Assembly (NCBI GenBank): GCA_951406725.2
Contig: OX597821.1
Location: forward strand, 109,306,001-109,370,000
Length of the DNA stretch: 64,000 nt
Direction of reading: 5' to 3'
Source of the DNA: Octopus vulgaris
Taxonomy: Eukaryota
Shown here: positions 13,842-27,288 of the stretch, piece by piece
How positions within the stretch are numbered: the first letter of the stretch is position 1
How the letters are laid out: the number at the start of each line of letters is the position of its first letter
Program-made: the position numbers and the translations under genes
The notes under the pieces: model-generated
Seen by the model: only the letters and a program-made list of their open reading frames with translations
What the model was told of the DNA's origin: nothing
Databases searched by the model: none

Positions 13842-15600
13842 CACTCTACAACACATTTCAGGGCCAAGAAAAAAAATCGTAGTTCTCACGTACATTTTAT
13901 TATGAAGTCGGTTGTGCTAAATTCGAATTTTATAACAAAAATTTCCCATCACGTCACATTTTCTTGTAAATTACCAACTTAATAACTATGCAATCTGTAT
14001 TAATGTCCTCGAAGCCATAAATATATTTTGCTCCAAAAGTCAGAATAAATATGTCCATTGTAATTAATTCATAAATATATACTGAATCGTCATGTTTGTT
14101 AGCATTATATAATGTATTTAACCTACATTTTAGTATTACTTCTTCGTTTATAAGACGTCTCGGGTGTGTCACGCTTCAGGTTCCAGCAGAAGTCAGCCAG
14201 CACAGCTGAGCTCCATTTTCCCTTATACCTGTTTTTCCAGTGACACTATATCTTGATGGAATCTCTCTCCATGTTCGTCACTCACATCTCCTACATTCTC
14301 TGGGAAGAAGGACAGGTGAGAATGAAAAAAGTGTATCTTCAGTCACATATTGCATCCGAGATCTTGGTAGCTCTTGATTAGGCTCCCCACTGTTCTCTAC
14401 CCTTGGGCCACTTGGTGCTTTCCCAGAAGTCCTTTGCATACATCTTTAAACGCATGCCAGGCGGCTTGTTCAGTTTCTTCCATTGTCGCCTCGAAGTCCT
14501 CATCAGTCATAAGTCGACGAATCTGAGGGCCTATCAATACGCCCTCTTTAATCTTGCCATCACTTATTTTAGGAAAAATCGCTTTGGGGTAACTGGGAAA
14601 CATGGCTTGTGATGTTGCAATGCTTGGGTAAATTGCTTCATTAGGCCCAATTTTATAATGTAGGGGTGACAAAATGATTTTCTCCTTCTTAACTAGTGGC
14701 TCATGATTTACATTATGGCGTCCAGGTGTCATAGATTCCCGAGGTAGTCATTCTGAACCTACGCAATGTTCTGCTCTGGATCTCCTGTCTTACTTGCAAT
14801 GGAAGTACATAAACTTGGTGTATCCAGTTTGTAGCCCATTTCAAGTCCGCACAAATTAGCCACTCTTGCTCCTTGTAACTTATGTAGTCTAGAATAAAAG
14901 CGAGGTTCTCATATGTCTCTCTTAAAATGACTGAGTAATTGGAACAGAAGGCATGGTGTTCCTAATGTGCAATAGAACTGCTTTTATGCTGTAAATGGAT
15001 GCATCTATGAATAACCTCTACTCATTTAGTTCATAAGTTAGCTCAAGGGCATTGAACAGGTCTCTGATATCATTACAATAAATCAAGTTGTTTTCAAAAG
15101 TGAAGAATTGCTGTAGATCTGCAGAACCCTTCCTAAATACTGCAATTCGAACATCTTTATCCAACAGGTTCCATTGTTGCAGACGTGAGGCCAGGACTTC
15201 GCTCTGTTGATTAGCAAACAAACTGGACTCTCCTACTTTTCACAAGAGATGATACAGGTGTGAAAGGTAGGAGAGCCCAGTTTGCTGGGCATTGTTGTAG
15301 AGCTGAAAACGAGGCAATTTCTACTCTTCTCATGTGGAAGCCATCTACTTGCGATACCAGAGGGCGCACACTCTCCTACCTTGATGTAATCTCCAGGGAT
15401 ACAGGCATCCAACAACAGGACCTCCGTAATGCTATGATGGACCGTGAAGTCTGGCGTAGTATAGTAAATTCCATTGTCTCGACCACGGTCGAACAATGAT
15501 GATGTGATGATGATTAGTAAGTGTTAGATCACGCACTAGATTATTGAGTTCAGGTTCAGTGATGAAGTGTGATTTGGACCCAAATAAGTATAAAAATATT
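13842..15600 (-). mobile_element. Decayed DNA transposon, probably Chapaev3/CMC-type transposase, with stops and frameshifts
   Basis: Minus-strand fragments HFITEPELNNLVRDLTLT|NQQSEVLASRLQQWNLL, IILSPLH, FPKISDGKIKEGVLIGPQIR, LKIHFFHSHLSFFPENVGDVSDEHGERFHQDI and KWSSAVLADFCWNLKR. The superfamily call is from recalled motifs; boundaries are approximate. Confidence 0.75.
15218..15510 (+). mobile_element. 5'-truncated, 5'-inverted RTE-clade LINE inserted in the transposase
   Basis: C-terminal peptide RRAQFAGHCCRA...AMMDREVWRSIV, (TGA)n tail, and 10-bp TSD TGATTAG(C/T)AA at 15208-17 and 15511-20. Confidence 0.85.
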
Positions 15601-15849
15601 GAATGTACTTTTGTTAATTTTCATAGGTTAGGTTGGCAAATACCTTAGTAACACCCCATTAAAATTATCGCAAAATCCGTTCATAACTTTTAGAATTATC
15701 AGTTTCGGCCCAATCTTGTTTGCACTCAGATCCTACGGAACCATCAGTGTATGGATTGTAGCCTCCGGTGTACATGGTAACAGTGAATGGTGATGGTAGA
15801 GATGTCACGATGTTGGGTGGTAAGCAGAGGTAGATGATGATGGTGTTTA

Positions 15850-16128
15850 GATAAGGAAGAAAGAAAGGAAGAAACTAAGAGAGAGAGTAAGAGAGAAAGA
15901 TTGACGAGAAAATGGGAAAGAAGAAAATACGGAAAGAAAGAAAGGGAAAGAATTATTGACGGAGAGAAAGAAAGATGGAAAGAAAGAAGGAAGAAAGTAA
16001 GAAGGAAGGAAGGAAGGCAGGAAAGGAAGGAAGGAAGGAAGGAAGGAAGGAAGGAAGGAAGGAAGGAAGGAATGAAGGAAGGAAGGAAGGAAGGAAAAAA
16101 AGAAATAAACAAACGAACAAAAGAAGAC

Positions 16129-16162
<34 letters not shown>

Positions 16163-16802
16163 GAAAAAGAAAGAAAGAAAGAAAAGGAAGACAGAAAGAA
16201 AGAAAAGGAGATAGAAAGAAAATGAAAGAAAGACGGAAAGAAAGAAAAGGAGACAGAAAAAAATGAAAGAAGGAAAGGGAGAAAGAACGAAAGAAAGAAA
16301 AAAGAAAGAAAAGGAAAGGATAGAAGAAAGGAAAGAAAGAAAGAAAAAGGAAAGAAAGAAGGAAGGAAGGAAGACTGGCAGGTAGGAAGGAAAGAAGGAA
16401 GGAAGAAAGAAAGACAGAAACAAAGAAAAAAGAAAGAAAAACGAGGAAAAAGAAAGGAAGGAAAAAGAGAGAAAGAAAGAACGAAAGAAAGAAAGGGATA
16501 AGGAAAGAAAGAATGAAAAAAGAAAGTTTGAAAGGGAGAAAGATGGAAAAAGATAAAGAAAGAAAAAAAGAAAGAAAGAATGAAAGCGAGCAAATTTGGA
16601 TGAAAGCAAGGAGAGAGGAAAGATAGATTAAGAGAAAGAAGGAAGGAAAATGAGAGGAAGAGAAAGATAGAGAGACGCGCATCTGTGTGTGCCTGAGTGC
16701 CTGTACGTCTGTGTGTCTGTGTGCCTGAGTGTCTGTACGTCTGTGTGTCTGTGTGCCTGAGTGTCTGTACGTCTCTGTGTGTCTGTGTGTCTGTGTGTCT
16801 GC
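15850..16802. repeat. Polypurine (AAAG/AAGG)n tract followed by a GTGTCT-type minisatellite
   Basis: Seen directly; source of the FLS-rich and RKE-rich ORFs. Confidence 0.9.
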
Positions 16803-17031
16803 GTGTATGGAAAAGGCAGATCAAAGGAAAATTGACCGAATTAGTCTCAATGATGAATAATGAAAAGGATAAAAACAACAACAGGTGGGATGGATTTCAT
16901 CCTTTTGAAGCGCCCATACATACATACATATATGCATATATATATTTATGTAGGTGATTTGTATATGTGTATACATGTATATATATACACTCATAGTAAT
17001 ATAATGTGTTGTATATAATGGATGGATGGAT

Positions 17032-17429
17032 GGAAGCACTCCGTCGGTTACGACGATGAGGGTTCCGGTTGATCCGAATTCAACGGAACAGCCTGCTCGT
17101 GAAATTAACGTGTAAGTGGCTGAGCACTCCACAGACACACCACAGACACGTGTACCCTTAACGTAGTTCTCGGGAATATTCAGCGTGACACAGAGAGTGA
17201 CAAGGCCGGCCCCTTTGAAATACAGGTACAACAGAAACAGGAAGTAAGAGTGAGAGAAAGTTGTGGTGAAAGAGAGTACAGCAGGGATCACCACCATCCC
17301 CTGCCGGAGCCTCGTGGAGTTTTTAGGTGTTTTCGCTCAATAAACACTCACAACGCCCGGTCTGGGAATCGAAACCGCAATCCTACGACCGCGAGTCCGC
17401 TGCCCTAACCACTAGGCCATTGCGCCTCC
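17032..17429 (-). mobile_element. Apparently full-length tRNA(Arg)-like SINE
   Basis: Minus strand begins GGAGGCGCAATGGCCTAGTGGTTAGGGCAGCGGACTCGCGG...GGTTTCGATTCCC (A and B boxes); other copies at 36581 and 52950. Confidence 0.85.
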
Positions 17430-17691
17430 AGTTCATATATAAACAGGGCTAATTTAGATGTTTCTCTGTAAACTTTTTTCAAAAAGCAGTGGTGCCCCAG
17501 CATGGCCGCGGCCTTCGGGCTAAAACATTTTTAAGGATTTAAGGATTTAAGGTAATGAGGCGTCGACATCAAGCTATCTATTAGTTAGACGACCATAACC
17601 ATCGCTGACATGTTGGCTTAATACTGAAAAACGACGACGCCGTGGTGATCTCATTCTCGCTCACAACATCATCAGCGGAAAGCGTAACCTC

Positions 17692-17997
17692 TCGAAAGAG
17701 CTGTTCTTCACTCCTGCTCCAGAGCGTGGGCTGCGGGGTCACTCCAAAAAGCTCTATCTATGACGATCTCATCTCAATCGAAGGAGAGGAGCTTTCTCCG
17801 TCCGGGTTGCGGATCCGTGGAATAAGCTGCCGGACGAGATAGTGAAGATGCCGACGACCGCTCGGTTCAAAGTCTCTCTTGACCAGAAATGGCCTGAACT
17901 CTTTGTATGAACACCCTCCATGTACATAACTCCCTGTCCCCTTACATGGACATGCTTTTGCTTTTTGAGCCAATAAAAATTGAATTGAATTGAATTC
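17692..17997 (+). mobile_element. CR1-clade LINE 3' end
   Basis: Translation LRGHSKKLYL*RSHLNRRRGAFSVRVADPWNKLPDEIV...FKVSLDQKW, then AATAAA and a (TTGAA)n tail. Confidence 0.85.
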
Positions 17998-18385
17998 ATT
18001 GCTCCAACGAACGGGAGAGCGACTTTGACTCATGAAGGCCTGACTGTTAGGCTACTCAGATGAAGGATCATTATAGGTTTTTGAATGTCACTTGAGGCCA
18101 GAGCGGCTCTTGCAGACTTTGCTTGATACATGACAGGTAAGTTTGTATGCAATATATGTACGAAACATCTGTACGTACATACATATATTCAACAGAATTA
18201 CATACTAACCGATATGGAGCAAACTATGACTGAAATTGAGTTCTTGGGAGAGAAACGCAAATCCTTAATTCATATACCACAAAAAATCACATCTGAAATT
18301 ATATATATATATTTGCTCGACTAAAGGCGGGGCTACAATGACTGAAACAAGTAAAAGAATATATATTACATACATATATGCGCGC

Positions 18386-18434
<49 letters not shown>

Positions 18435-18512
18435 TGTGTGTGTGTGTCAGTATGTTGGTGCAAACAGGAAAAATAGACTTCAAAATATGACTGTATGAAT
18501 ATTTTTCTTCAT

Positions 18513-18616
18513 ATATTTAGCAGAAACAGCTGAGACTCAAAGGTCCGAGAATTTCATGCGTTGACAATGTGTCAACACACGGACCTTGAGTCATTCTGCT
18601 GCTTCAGCTAAACATA
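18513..18616. repeat. Imperfect inverted repeat / hairpin element
   Basis: TTTAGC/GCTAAA, GACTCAA.GGTCCG/CGGACCTTGAGTC and inner GTTGACA/TGTCAAC. Confidence 0.8.
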
Positions 18617-18809
18617 TATATATATATATAAGTAGTAGTCAAGGAAACAGCTGTAGCTAGGAATTTCTAGATATCAATTTGAATGTATTTAAATAAAATC
18701 ATTTGTATATAAATTTTTATATATTTTCATCATTTTCTTATTTAAAAAGATTTATATGTATATTACATTATATTATATTATAAATATATATATATATATA
18801 TAAACTACA

Positions 18810-18972
18810 TTCGCGGAGTTGTTGGCGTTAGGAAGAGCATCCAGCTGTAGAAACACTGCCAGATCAGACTGGAGCCTGGTGCAGCCTCCTGGCTTCCCAG
18901 ATCCCGGTCGAACCGTCCAACCCATGCTAGCATGGAAAACGGACGTTAAACAATGATGATGATGATAATGAT
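18810..18972 (+). mobile_element. Retroposon 3' tail (RTE-type, family D)
   Basis: TTGGCGTTAGGAAG.GCATCCAGCTGTAGAAAC...CCAACCCATGCTAGCATGGAA...(GAT)n; homolog at 43215-43432. Confidence 0.75.
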
Positions 18973-18979
18973 TTTCACT

Positions 18980-19641
18980 TACATGTATTCACACATACAT
19001 ATATTACATACATTCATATATAGGTACATTACATATATATATATATACACACACACATACGTACATATATACGTGCATACATATATACATACATACACAC
19101 ATACATACGTACATACATACGTATATACATACGTATATACATATATACACGCATACATACATACGTGCATACACACATACATATATACATACCTGCATAC
19201 GTACAGACACATACATACATGCATTCATACGTGCATTCATATGAGCATACATATGTGCATACAGACACACATACATACATACACACATATGTACGTACAA
19301 ATATATATACATATATACACACATACATACGTACGTATATACATACGTGCCTACATACATACATACATACATACATACATACATACATACATACACATAT
19401 ACTACGTACATACACACATACATACATACATACATATATACATACAGACACACATACATGCGAAAGTACGTACGTACATACATACATATATACACACATA
19501 AATACATTCATACACACATACATACGTGCATGCACACATACATACACTCACACTCACACACACACACTCACACACACGTACATATATGCATACACACGTG
19601 CGTACGTACATAAATATATGGACACATGGACACACACACAT
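18980..19641. repeat. (TACA)n-rich microsatellite
   Basis: Seen directly. Confidence 0.9.
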
Positions 19642-19962
19642 AGATTACGCTCGCATAAACTTTTAATGAATACATGGGCCTTAATAATTATCTCCCTCAC
19701 TAATGAACTAACACAGGAAATTGAAAGGCCGAGTGTATAAAACATAAATAAATAAACAAATAAACAAAAAAAAAACTTGATTGAGCTAAATTTATCTTCC
19801 TTTGTGTTGTTGTTGTTTTTATGTCTTTTGTTTTATGAAAGCATTTGCACCTGTCCGCTTTTGGATCGAATAGTCTCAGTATTGCTGTTAGTATAATATT
19901 CTTCTTGTTTTTTTTATTGCTATTGTTAGTTTCATCAGCATTATCATTATGAATTATTATTG

Positions 19963-20068
19963 CCATCATCGTCATCATCAACATCGTCATCATCACTATC
20001 ATCATTATCATCATCACCACCACCATCATCATCATCATCATCCTCAGCATCACCACCACTATCACCAC

Positions 20069-20125
<57 letters not shown>

Positions 20126-20206
20126 TATCATCATTATCCTCATCACCATCACCATCTTCATCATCATTATCATCATCATTATCCTCATCATCATCATCAT
20201 CACCAT

Positions 20207-20238
<32 letters not shown>

Positions 20239-20272
20239 CCACCACCACCACCACCATCACCATCATCATCAC

Positions 20273-20311
<39 letters not shown>

Positions 20312-20324
20312 TGTCATCATCATC

Positions 20325-20372
<48 letters not shown>

Positions 20373-20383
20373 ATCACCACCAC

Positions 20384-20430
<47 letters not shown>

Positions 20431-20445
20431 CCATCATCATCATCA
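19963..20445. repeat. (CAT)n/(CAC)n/(CAG)n trinucleotide array
   Basis: Seen directly; gives the poly-H, poly-S, poly-D and poly-M ORFs. Confidence 0.95.
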
Positions 20446-20446
20446 T

Positions 20447-20800
20447 TGGTTCCAAGGGCACCTATGACAACAGGTATTGTTTTAGTCTTCAGGTTCCACA
20501 TTTTGCCAATTTCTATTTCAAGATCTTTATACTTGCTCAGCTTTTAGTAGGTCTTGACAGATATATTCTTGAAGAGTGAGACAGTCATATCGATGAAGAG
20601 GCATGATTTTTGTCTGGAATCATTCAATATAATGTCTGGCCTACTCGCATCTATCTTTCTGTCAGTTTGAACAGTAAAGTTCGAAAGGAGTGAGATGTGA
20701 TCATTTTCAAGTACTGGAGGTGGCTGTGTTCCCACCGGTTTTTATTATGGGACAGGTCTAAGGTCCTAGCAAATTACCCAGTGAATATATGCCTGTTGAT
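20447..20800 (-). mobile_element. R4/Dong-like non-LTR retrotransposon fragment (restriction-like endonuclease domain)
   Basis: FTVQTDRKIDASRPDII...LFIDMTV...K*KLSKYKDLEIEIGKMWNLKTKTIPVVIGALG, a PD-(D/E)xK-type RLE signature. Confidence 0.85.
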
Positions 20801-20859
20801 ATACTCTGCAGACACAAGAAGGTTGCACATGGAGACAATATTGCTATTAGTATCAACTG

Positions 20860-21271
20860 GCTGCTCTTTTCTGGAGAACTTACGGCCCGGGACTGATGGA
20901 GGATTTCCAAAAATCTCTGGCCTGACAATGCAACCGATGAGTTTTGTCTGTTAGAGGCACGGAAGTGCCGTCAGCCGAGCATGTTCGAATTGCGCACAGG
21001 ACGACGAGACAGTCCTGCATGCACTCGTCCATTGTCCGAACATTGCTGACCTGTGGCTTTATGTCGAACACCTGCTGTCACGTGTGGGGCGGATCCAACA
21101 TTCAACCGAATCCATCGTGAAGATCGCCCTGCCGCCTTCCTTTAACCGGGAAGGAAGGTCTGTGTTTATATGCCTGATGGTCATGGTGAAAGGGGTTGTA
21201 TAGTGGACGAGATTGAAGGGGCTGAAGACAATCATTTTTCTCATTGGCCAATCCCTGATCAACTTGAAGAA
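20860..21271 (-). mobile_element. Probable decayed LINE ORF1 fragment
   Basis: GC-richer coding-like sequence in broken ORFs next to other LINE relics; no diagnostic motif. Confidence 0.3.
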
Positions 21272-21465
21272 CATTAACTTAGCGGTTCGGCAAAAGAACC
21301 GATAGAATAAGTACTAGGCTTACAAAGAATAAGTTCTGGGGTCGATCTGCTCGACTAAAGGCGGTGCTCCAGCATGGCCACAGCCAAAAGGACTGAAAGA
21401 AGTAAAGAGTATATATGTGTTTCTATAAACACATAGTGGCTACAGATGGTTAGGCAGGCAAATAT

Positions 21466-21552
21466 TGTTAGGCGGGTGGTAGTGGCGCAGATGGTTAGGC
21501 GGGTGGTAGTGGCGCAACATGGTTAGGCGGGTGGTAGTGGCGCAACATGGAA
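21466..21552 (+). repeat. Three tandem copies of GTTAGGCGGGTGGTAGTGGCGCA
   Basis: Seen directly; a fourth partial copy is at 23239-23262. Confidence 0.9.
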
Positions 21553-22787
21553 ACAAAGCCACAGTTCACTTGAAAAGGAAAATAAGAGTAGAGAGAGAAG
21601 TGTTGTCTTCTTGCTAATTCGCTGTAAGGTGGATGAAAGTGTCGAAAATGGTCCGAGTGAACGGGTCTGCCCTGAGCATACGCCTGTAGTTGGAAAAGAG
21701 GAAAGGAAAAAAGGCACCTGCTCCAAAAGTCAGGATGCCAATAGTTTTTTTATGGGGCTTTTTCATGAGCAGCCCCCGAACGTCTCCTCTCTATTGAGGT
21801 TCACACATTGTTGATTTTTAAAAAAATTCGTTTGTCTTGTTTACACGCAAAACCCTCACAACCCACATTCACACACACATACACGCACATTCTTTGTTTT
21901 GTCCTGTACTATCCATAATGTTTTTCTTAATGTAAACCTTTGCGGTTTAATAAGGAAATCATTACCATTATTATTCATACTAGAGGTGGGGGGGGGCTAT
22001 GGGTTTTTTGGCGCTCGTAAGGTTTTGTTATTTTTTTGTCCCCAAAAGCGTTTGTCAAAAACCACCACCTCTGCATAAGCTTGATTGATTTGCATGTTTG
22101 TGGCCCTTCGGGGGCTCAAATACGAAAAGAAATTATCTATCTTCTTTTGAACAAAATTAACTTTAAAAACAAACATGGCGAAGCCAGCTTTGGTGAAAAG
22201 TAGGGAAGAGGAAAGAAACGATAGCTCTGATAGAGTTGTTCCAGACAAAGTAAAGACCTCCGCCTTCTACCTACAAATGGAAAGCAAGGCGAGCACCCAC
22301 CAAGTTCAAAGTACAGTGGACCACACTACCTCCATGACAACGGGCAGCAGCAGTAGCAGCTACATCACAGCTCGGGGGTTTAAGTCTGGGTATTTAAGTA
22401 CAACGCTGAGTTCCCCATCATAAATGAAACGACACCAAAAGCCATCAATCAACAACAGCAAAAAATCTACGAGCACGGACACAACCTAATCTGTCGTCAA
22501 AACCATTACAATGAAAATTATGATAGAGGCGAAACACAAAAACAATCGTAGCTTCGATTACTTAAACTGCTACAATATTTACATTGTTGTATAACAACGA
22601 CAACACCAACAGCAATAACAACAACAATATATTCGCAGTACGGCGCTATTTAGGATGGACATACTGTAGAAGAACATGTGTCCGGACCTAAGTAGTCAGA
22701 CAAATAATGCTGGAGAAAAACGCGGGCGGACATTGCCATCGCCGCCACCGAGATGTTGGGAGAAGCAGAAAAAAATAGTTATTTATA

Positions 22788-23180
22788 GGCGATAGGAGTG
22801 GCTGTGTGGTAAGTAACTTACTTACGAACCACACGGTACCGGGTTCAGTCCCACCGCGTGGTACCTTGGGCAAGTGTCTTCTACAATAGCCTCGGGCCGA
22901 CCAAAGTCTTGTGAGTGGATTTGGTAGACGGAAACTGAAAGAAGCTCATCGTATATATGTATATATATATGTATTTTTGTGTGTCTGTGTTTGTCCCCCC
23001 CCCCCAACATCGCTTGATATGATGCTGGTGTGTTTTCGTCTCATTAACTTAGCGGTTCGGCAAAAGAACCGATAGAATAAGTACTAGGCTTACAAAGAAT
23101 AAGTCCTGGGGTCGATCTGCCCGACTAAAGGCGGTGCTCCAGCATGGCCACAGCCAAAAGGACTGAAAGAAGTAAAGAGT
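22788..23180 (+). mobile_element. SINE family A (tRNA-derived), near full length
   Basis: A box TGGCTGTGTGG, B box GGTTCAGTCCC, internal TA/TG tract and tail GGCGGTGCTCCAGCATGGCC. Confidence 0.88.
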
Positions 23181-23299
23181 ATATATGTGTTTCTATTAAC
23201 ACATAGTGGCTACAGATGGTTAGGCAGGCAAATAGCCCCGGGTGGTAGTGGCGCAACATGGAAGGGCTGGGACGGACTCTTACTATTCAAGTCGAAGCA

Positions 23300-25052
23300 G
23301 ATATGTGTGACATATTTCAGGTGCTCAAAGTGACTGGACACATATAGGAATCGTTTAGCATTGCTCGTTCGGTCCGTCGAGAGTGTTCCTTCTCACTCCT
23401 GTACGTGCTAGATGTCTTGAGGAGCGTCCCGTGTGAACTTGGATGAAGAACGTTCGTGTCAACTGATGCAGACGACGTCACCGTAATGATGTCAGGAATA
23501 CAATGCAATGACAGGAGGAATGATGAAGCGGAAGTCGTCGGACCTGCAGCTCCGAACCTACAACGATAAGTTCATGTCATTCGACAGCCTCATATGGTGC
23601 TGGGCGAAAGGGCCGGTTAAATTGCTTGACGTCTAGTTTGGTCCAGACATCCAGATCGACAAGAACTGGTGAAGGTAGGTGGGCGGCAGAAGTAACAAGC
23701 AAAGTGGTGAGTCGCACTCGGAAGTAGGTATACAGGAAGCTATCCCTGATGGGTCGGATAGAGGTTGGGAATTCATACCTCCTTTCCGTCATCGACCTCC
23801 GCCTCACCGTCGACCTTTGCCTTGCATCATGGCTGATCAAGCTGGAGCGCTTGCTCTTCCGTTTTCTGTGGAAGAGATGTGTTCCGGTCATCAGACGGTC
23901 CATCAGCTGTCAGAAGCCGCTGAGTGGAATACTGGGCATGCTGAGGCTAATGATGCGTAGAGGAGGGATGAGGCTGGGACATTTTCAGCGTTTCTTAATC
24001 GGTGAGCAAGTGTGACCACCGTTTGTTCAAAGAGAGTGTTCCGCAGCTTGTCTCTTTGACTGAGCTGCAGTTCTGGGTCAAACGCAGACCGAGAAAGGAC
24101 ACATGGCACCTGGAGTTTCGGTGAACGCTCACAGTCATCTGCTGATCACGCAATGCGGTCGGTAGAAGTCTCATGTTGTAGTTCTATAGTGGATTAGTGG
24201 TGAACAAGAATGGAGAGATCTTCGAGGAAGCCCTGGGCGTCGAGTGAGGTCAATTAGCTGGTCTTTTCCAGAGGACATTCGGGCCGGTGCCTGTAGATAA
24301 TTTCCAGAAATCCCTGGTCTGGCAGTGTTAATGGGAACTCTGCTGAATCGAGACAAGCTCTACAAGCACTGAAGTGATATTAAACGGACCTGTCCGAGAT
24401 GTGCGTTCTGCATGCACCGGTCAAGGGTCCGGGTTTTGTTAACTTGTGGGGCTTTGTCAAGCAGCTGTTGACGCGTGTAGGGCGGATTCAGTTATCAGCC
24501 CGAGTTCATGGAGAAGATCGTCCCGCCGTCTTTTTTTTTTTTTTTGACCGGAAAGGGCATACAGTTTTCCTCCGTCTGATGACTGAGGCGAAAGAGGTAG
24601 AGTGGTGGGCGAGGGTGAAAGGACTGAAGACAGATACTTTCCTCTTCGGTCATGCCCTCATCGACTTTTACAAGTTCCACTTGAAGAGTAACGTGAGGGT
24701 GGAGAAGAAAGAACTGGGCGCAGTATTTTTCGTGAAAGGTTAGCGAATGTGCAAAAGAGGGCCCGCGTGAATGGGCCTACTCAGAACATCCGCCTGCAAG
24801 CCGAATGAATTGAGAATAAGAGAGGCATTTGCTGGGGTGCCCCTGGTAGACGGGGTAACCAGGATGTGTGGAGATCCTTGATTTCCCTGAGTGCAACACA
24901 GCATTTTCGGGGAATTTTATTCTTCTATTTTCGCTGTCAACTGTTCCTGTTTCATTTTTATACACAAAGATTTGTGCTAAGCCCCACTTGTCCCTTATGC
25001 TATACTGTCCCCTTTTCGCTTTGTATTCGGCCCCCTTTGTCCAATAAAGAAA
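23300..25052 (+). mobile_element. Decayed L1/Tx1-like LINE, 3' part of ORF2 and 3' UTR
   Basis: IKLERLLFRFLWKRCVPVIRRSISCQKPLSGILG resembles the FLW...P..GGLG motif; TCPRC zinc-knuckle remnant near 24387; ends in TGTCCAATAAAGAAA. Confidence 0.7.
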
Positions 25053-25535
25053 GGATTTTGATTATTATCAGTCTTATCTTTTAAGTTGGATTAGTTTCAG
25101 TGTTTTATAATATATGATTATATATTTTTATTTATTGTAATTAATAAGGGGGTGGGGGATGGGGGGATGGGGGAGGGTGTGCATGCATTAATTATTATTC
25201 ATTCATTGTTTCAGAGATCGAAATACTTAATCCGATCGATTTTAAACTCTAAATGCACTCTGGAACAGACAAAACACGCATATTTACACATAAACATACA
25301 CACACACACACACAAACATACACACATGCGCACGTGCACAAACATACACACGCACACACGCACACGCACACGCACACTTGGATACACACACACGTGCACA
25401 TACACACGAACACACTCACACGCATACACATACACACACACACATGCACATACTTACATGCGAATACACGCATGCGCATAATAGATACGTACCTGCATGA
25501 GTACATTTATGCGTATATACGTATAATATATAGAA

Positions 25536-25955
25536 GGCGCTGGCGTATCTGTGTGGTAAGCAGCTTGCTTCCCAACCACATATTTCCGGGTTCAGTCCAG
25601 TTCAGCGTGACACCATGGGCAAGTGTCTTCAACTACAGCTTCGGGTCGACCAAAGCCTTCTGATTGGATTTGGTGGATGGAAACTAAAAGAAGCCCGTCG
25701 TGTATATATATATATGTGTGTGTGTGTGTATGTGTTTGTGTGTGCCTATGTTTGTCTGTCTGTGTTTGTCCCCCACCATCGCCTGACAACAGATGTTGCC
25801 GTGTTTACGTCATATTAACTTAGCGGTTCGGCAAAAGACACGGAGAGAATAAGTACTGGGCTTACAAAGAATAAGTCCTGGGGTCAATTTGTTCGACTAA
25901 AGGTGGAGCTCCACCATGGCCGCAGTCAAATGACTGAAACAAGTAAAAGAATACA
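25536..25955 (+). mobile_element. SINE family A
   Basis: Collinear with 22788-23180. Confidence 0.85.
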
Positions 25956-26054
25956 AGAATGCACACACACACACACATACACACACACACACACACACAT
26001 ACATACATATACATATATATATACACACACACATACACACATATATATGTACAA

Positions 26055-26126
<72 letters not shown>

Positions 26127-26312
26127 CGGAGATTTGGTTTGCAAGATTCTTCGATAGAAACAACCCTGAGTTGCTCGTTCACCGACGAGGCGACTTTCCC
26201 CGAACGGGTGCCTCTTAGGTGCACCCATTGTCATTCTTGACCGACGGAGTCGAGTTAATATGTGTACGTGTTTGTGTGCGTGTGACTGTGTGTATTTATA
26301 CACGCACACATA

Positions 26313-27020
26313 TTTCTTTACTACCCGCAAGGGGCTAAACACAGAGGGGACAAACAGGGACAGACAAACGGATTAAGTCATTTACATCTACCCCAGTGCG
26401 TAACCTGTACTTAATTTTTCGACCCCGAAAGGATGAAAGGCAAAGTCGACCTCGGCGGAATTTGAACTTAGAACGTAGCGGTAGACGAAATACCTATTTC
26501 TTTTATTACCCACAAGGGCTTAAACACAGAGAGGACAAACAAGGACAGACAAACGGATTAAGTCGATTACGTCGACTCCAGTGCGTAACTGGTACTTAAT
26601 TTATCGACCCCGAAAGGATGAAAGGCAAAGTCGACCTCAGCGGAATTTGAACGCAAAACGTAACGACAGACGAAATACAGCTACGCATTTCGCCCGGCGT
26701 GCTAACGTTTCTACCAGCTCGCCGCCTATACACGCACACATATATTCACAGAAACACACCTGTTTCGTTACTACCCACAAGGGGCTAAACACAGAGGAGA
26801 CAAACAAGGACAGACAGACGGATTAAATCGATTATATCGACCCCAGTGCATAACTGGTACTTAATTTATCGACCCCGAAAGGATGAAAGGCAAAGTCGAC
26901 CTCGGCGGAATTTGAACTAAGAACGTAACGGCAGACGAAATACAGCTACGCATTTCGCCCGGCGTGCTAACGTTTCTACCAGCTCGCCGCCTATACACGC
27001 ACACATATATTCACAGAAAA
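26313..27020 (-). mobile_element. Tandem SINE family B array, including a 265-bp duplication that carries flanking sequence
   Basis: Three cores; GCCGCCTATACACGCACACATATATTCACAGAAA is repeated at 26721 and 26986. Confidence 0.85.
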
Positions 27021-27232
27021 ACACCACTTGGTATAACATTTGCACGTGTTAACCATGGATAATTGAACGAGTTTTGTCTTTAAAAATTCTCTTTTGTTTT
27101 ATAAATTCTTTTGAATAATCATTATTTTTAAATACTTATTCTTTTATCAGATTTATATTCATTTTTTATTTTATTTTATTATTATTATCTTTAATACTAC
27201 TGTTACAGATGTAGTCCACCCTCATCGTCCTC

Positions 27233-27233
27233 T

Positions 27234-27288
<55 letters not shown>

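Noticed and set aside
19700-20547. Poly-Met, poly-Asp and poly-His ORFs
   Set aside because: A (CAT)n microsatellite abutting a LINE fragment; no reflectin-type or other recognisable motif.
21466-21552. Short direct repeats resembling a CRISPR array
   Set aside because: No unique spacers, no cas genes and a eukaryotic context.
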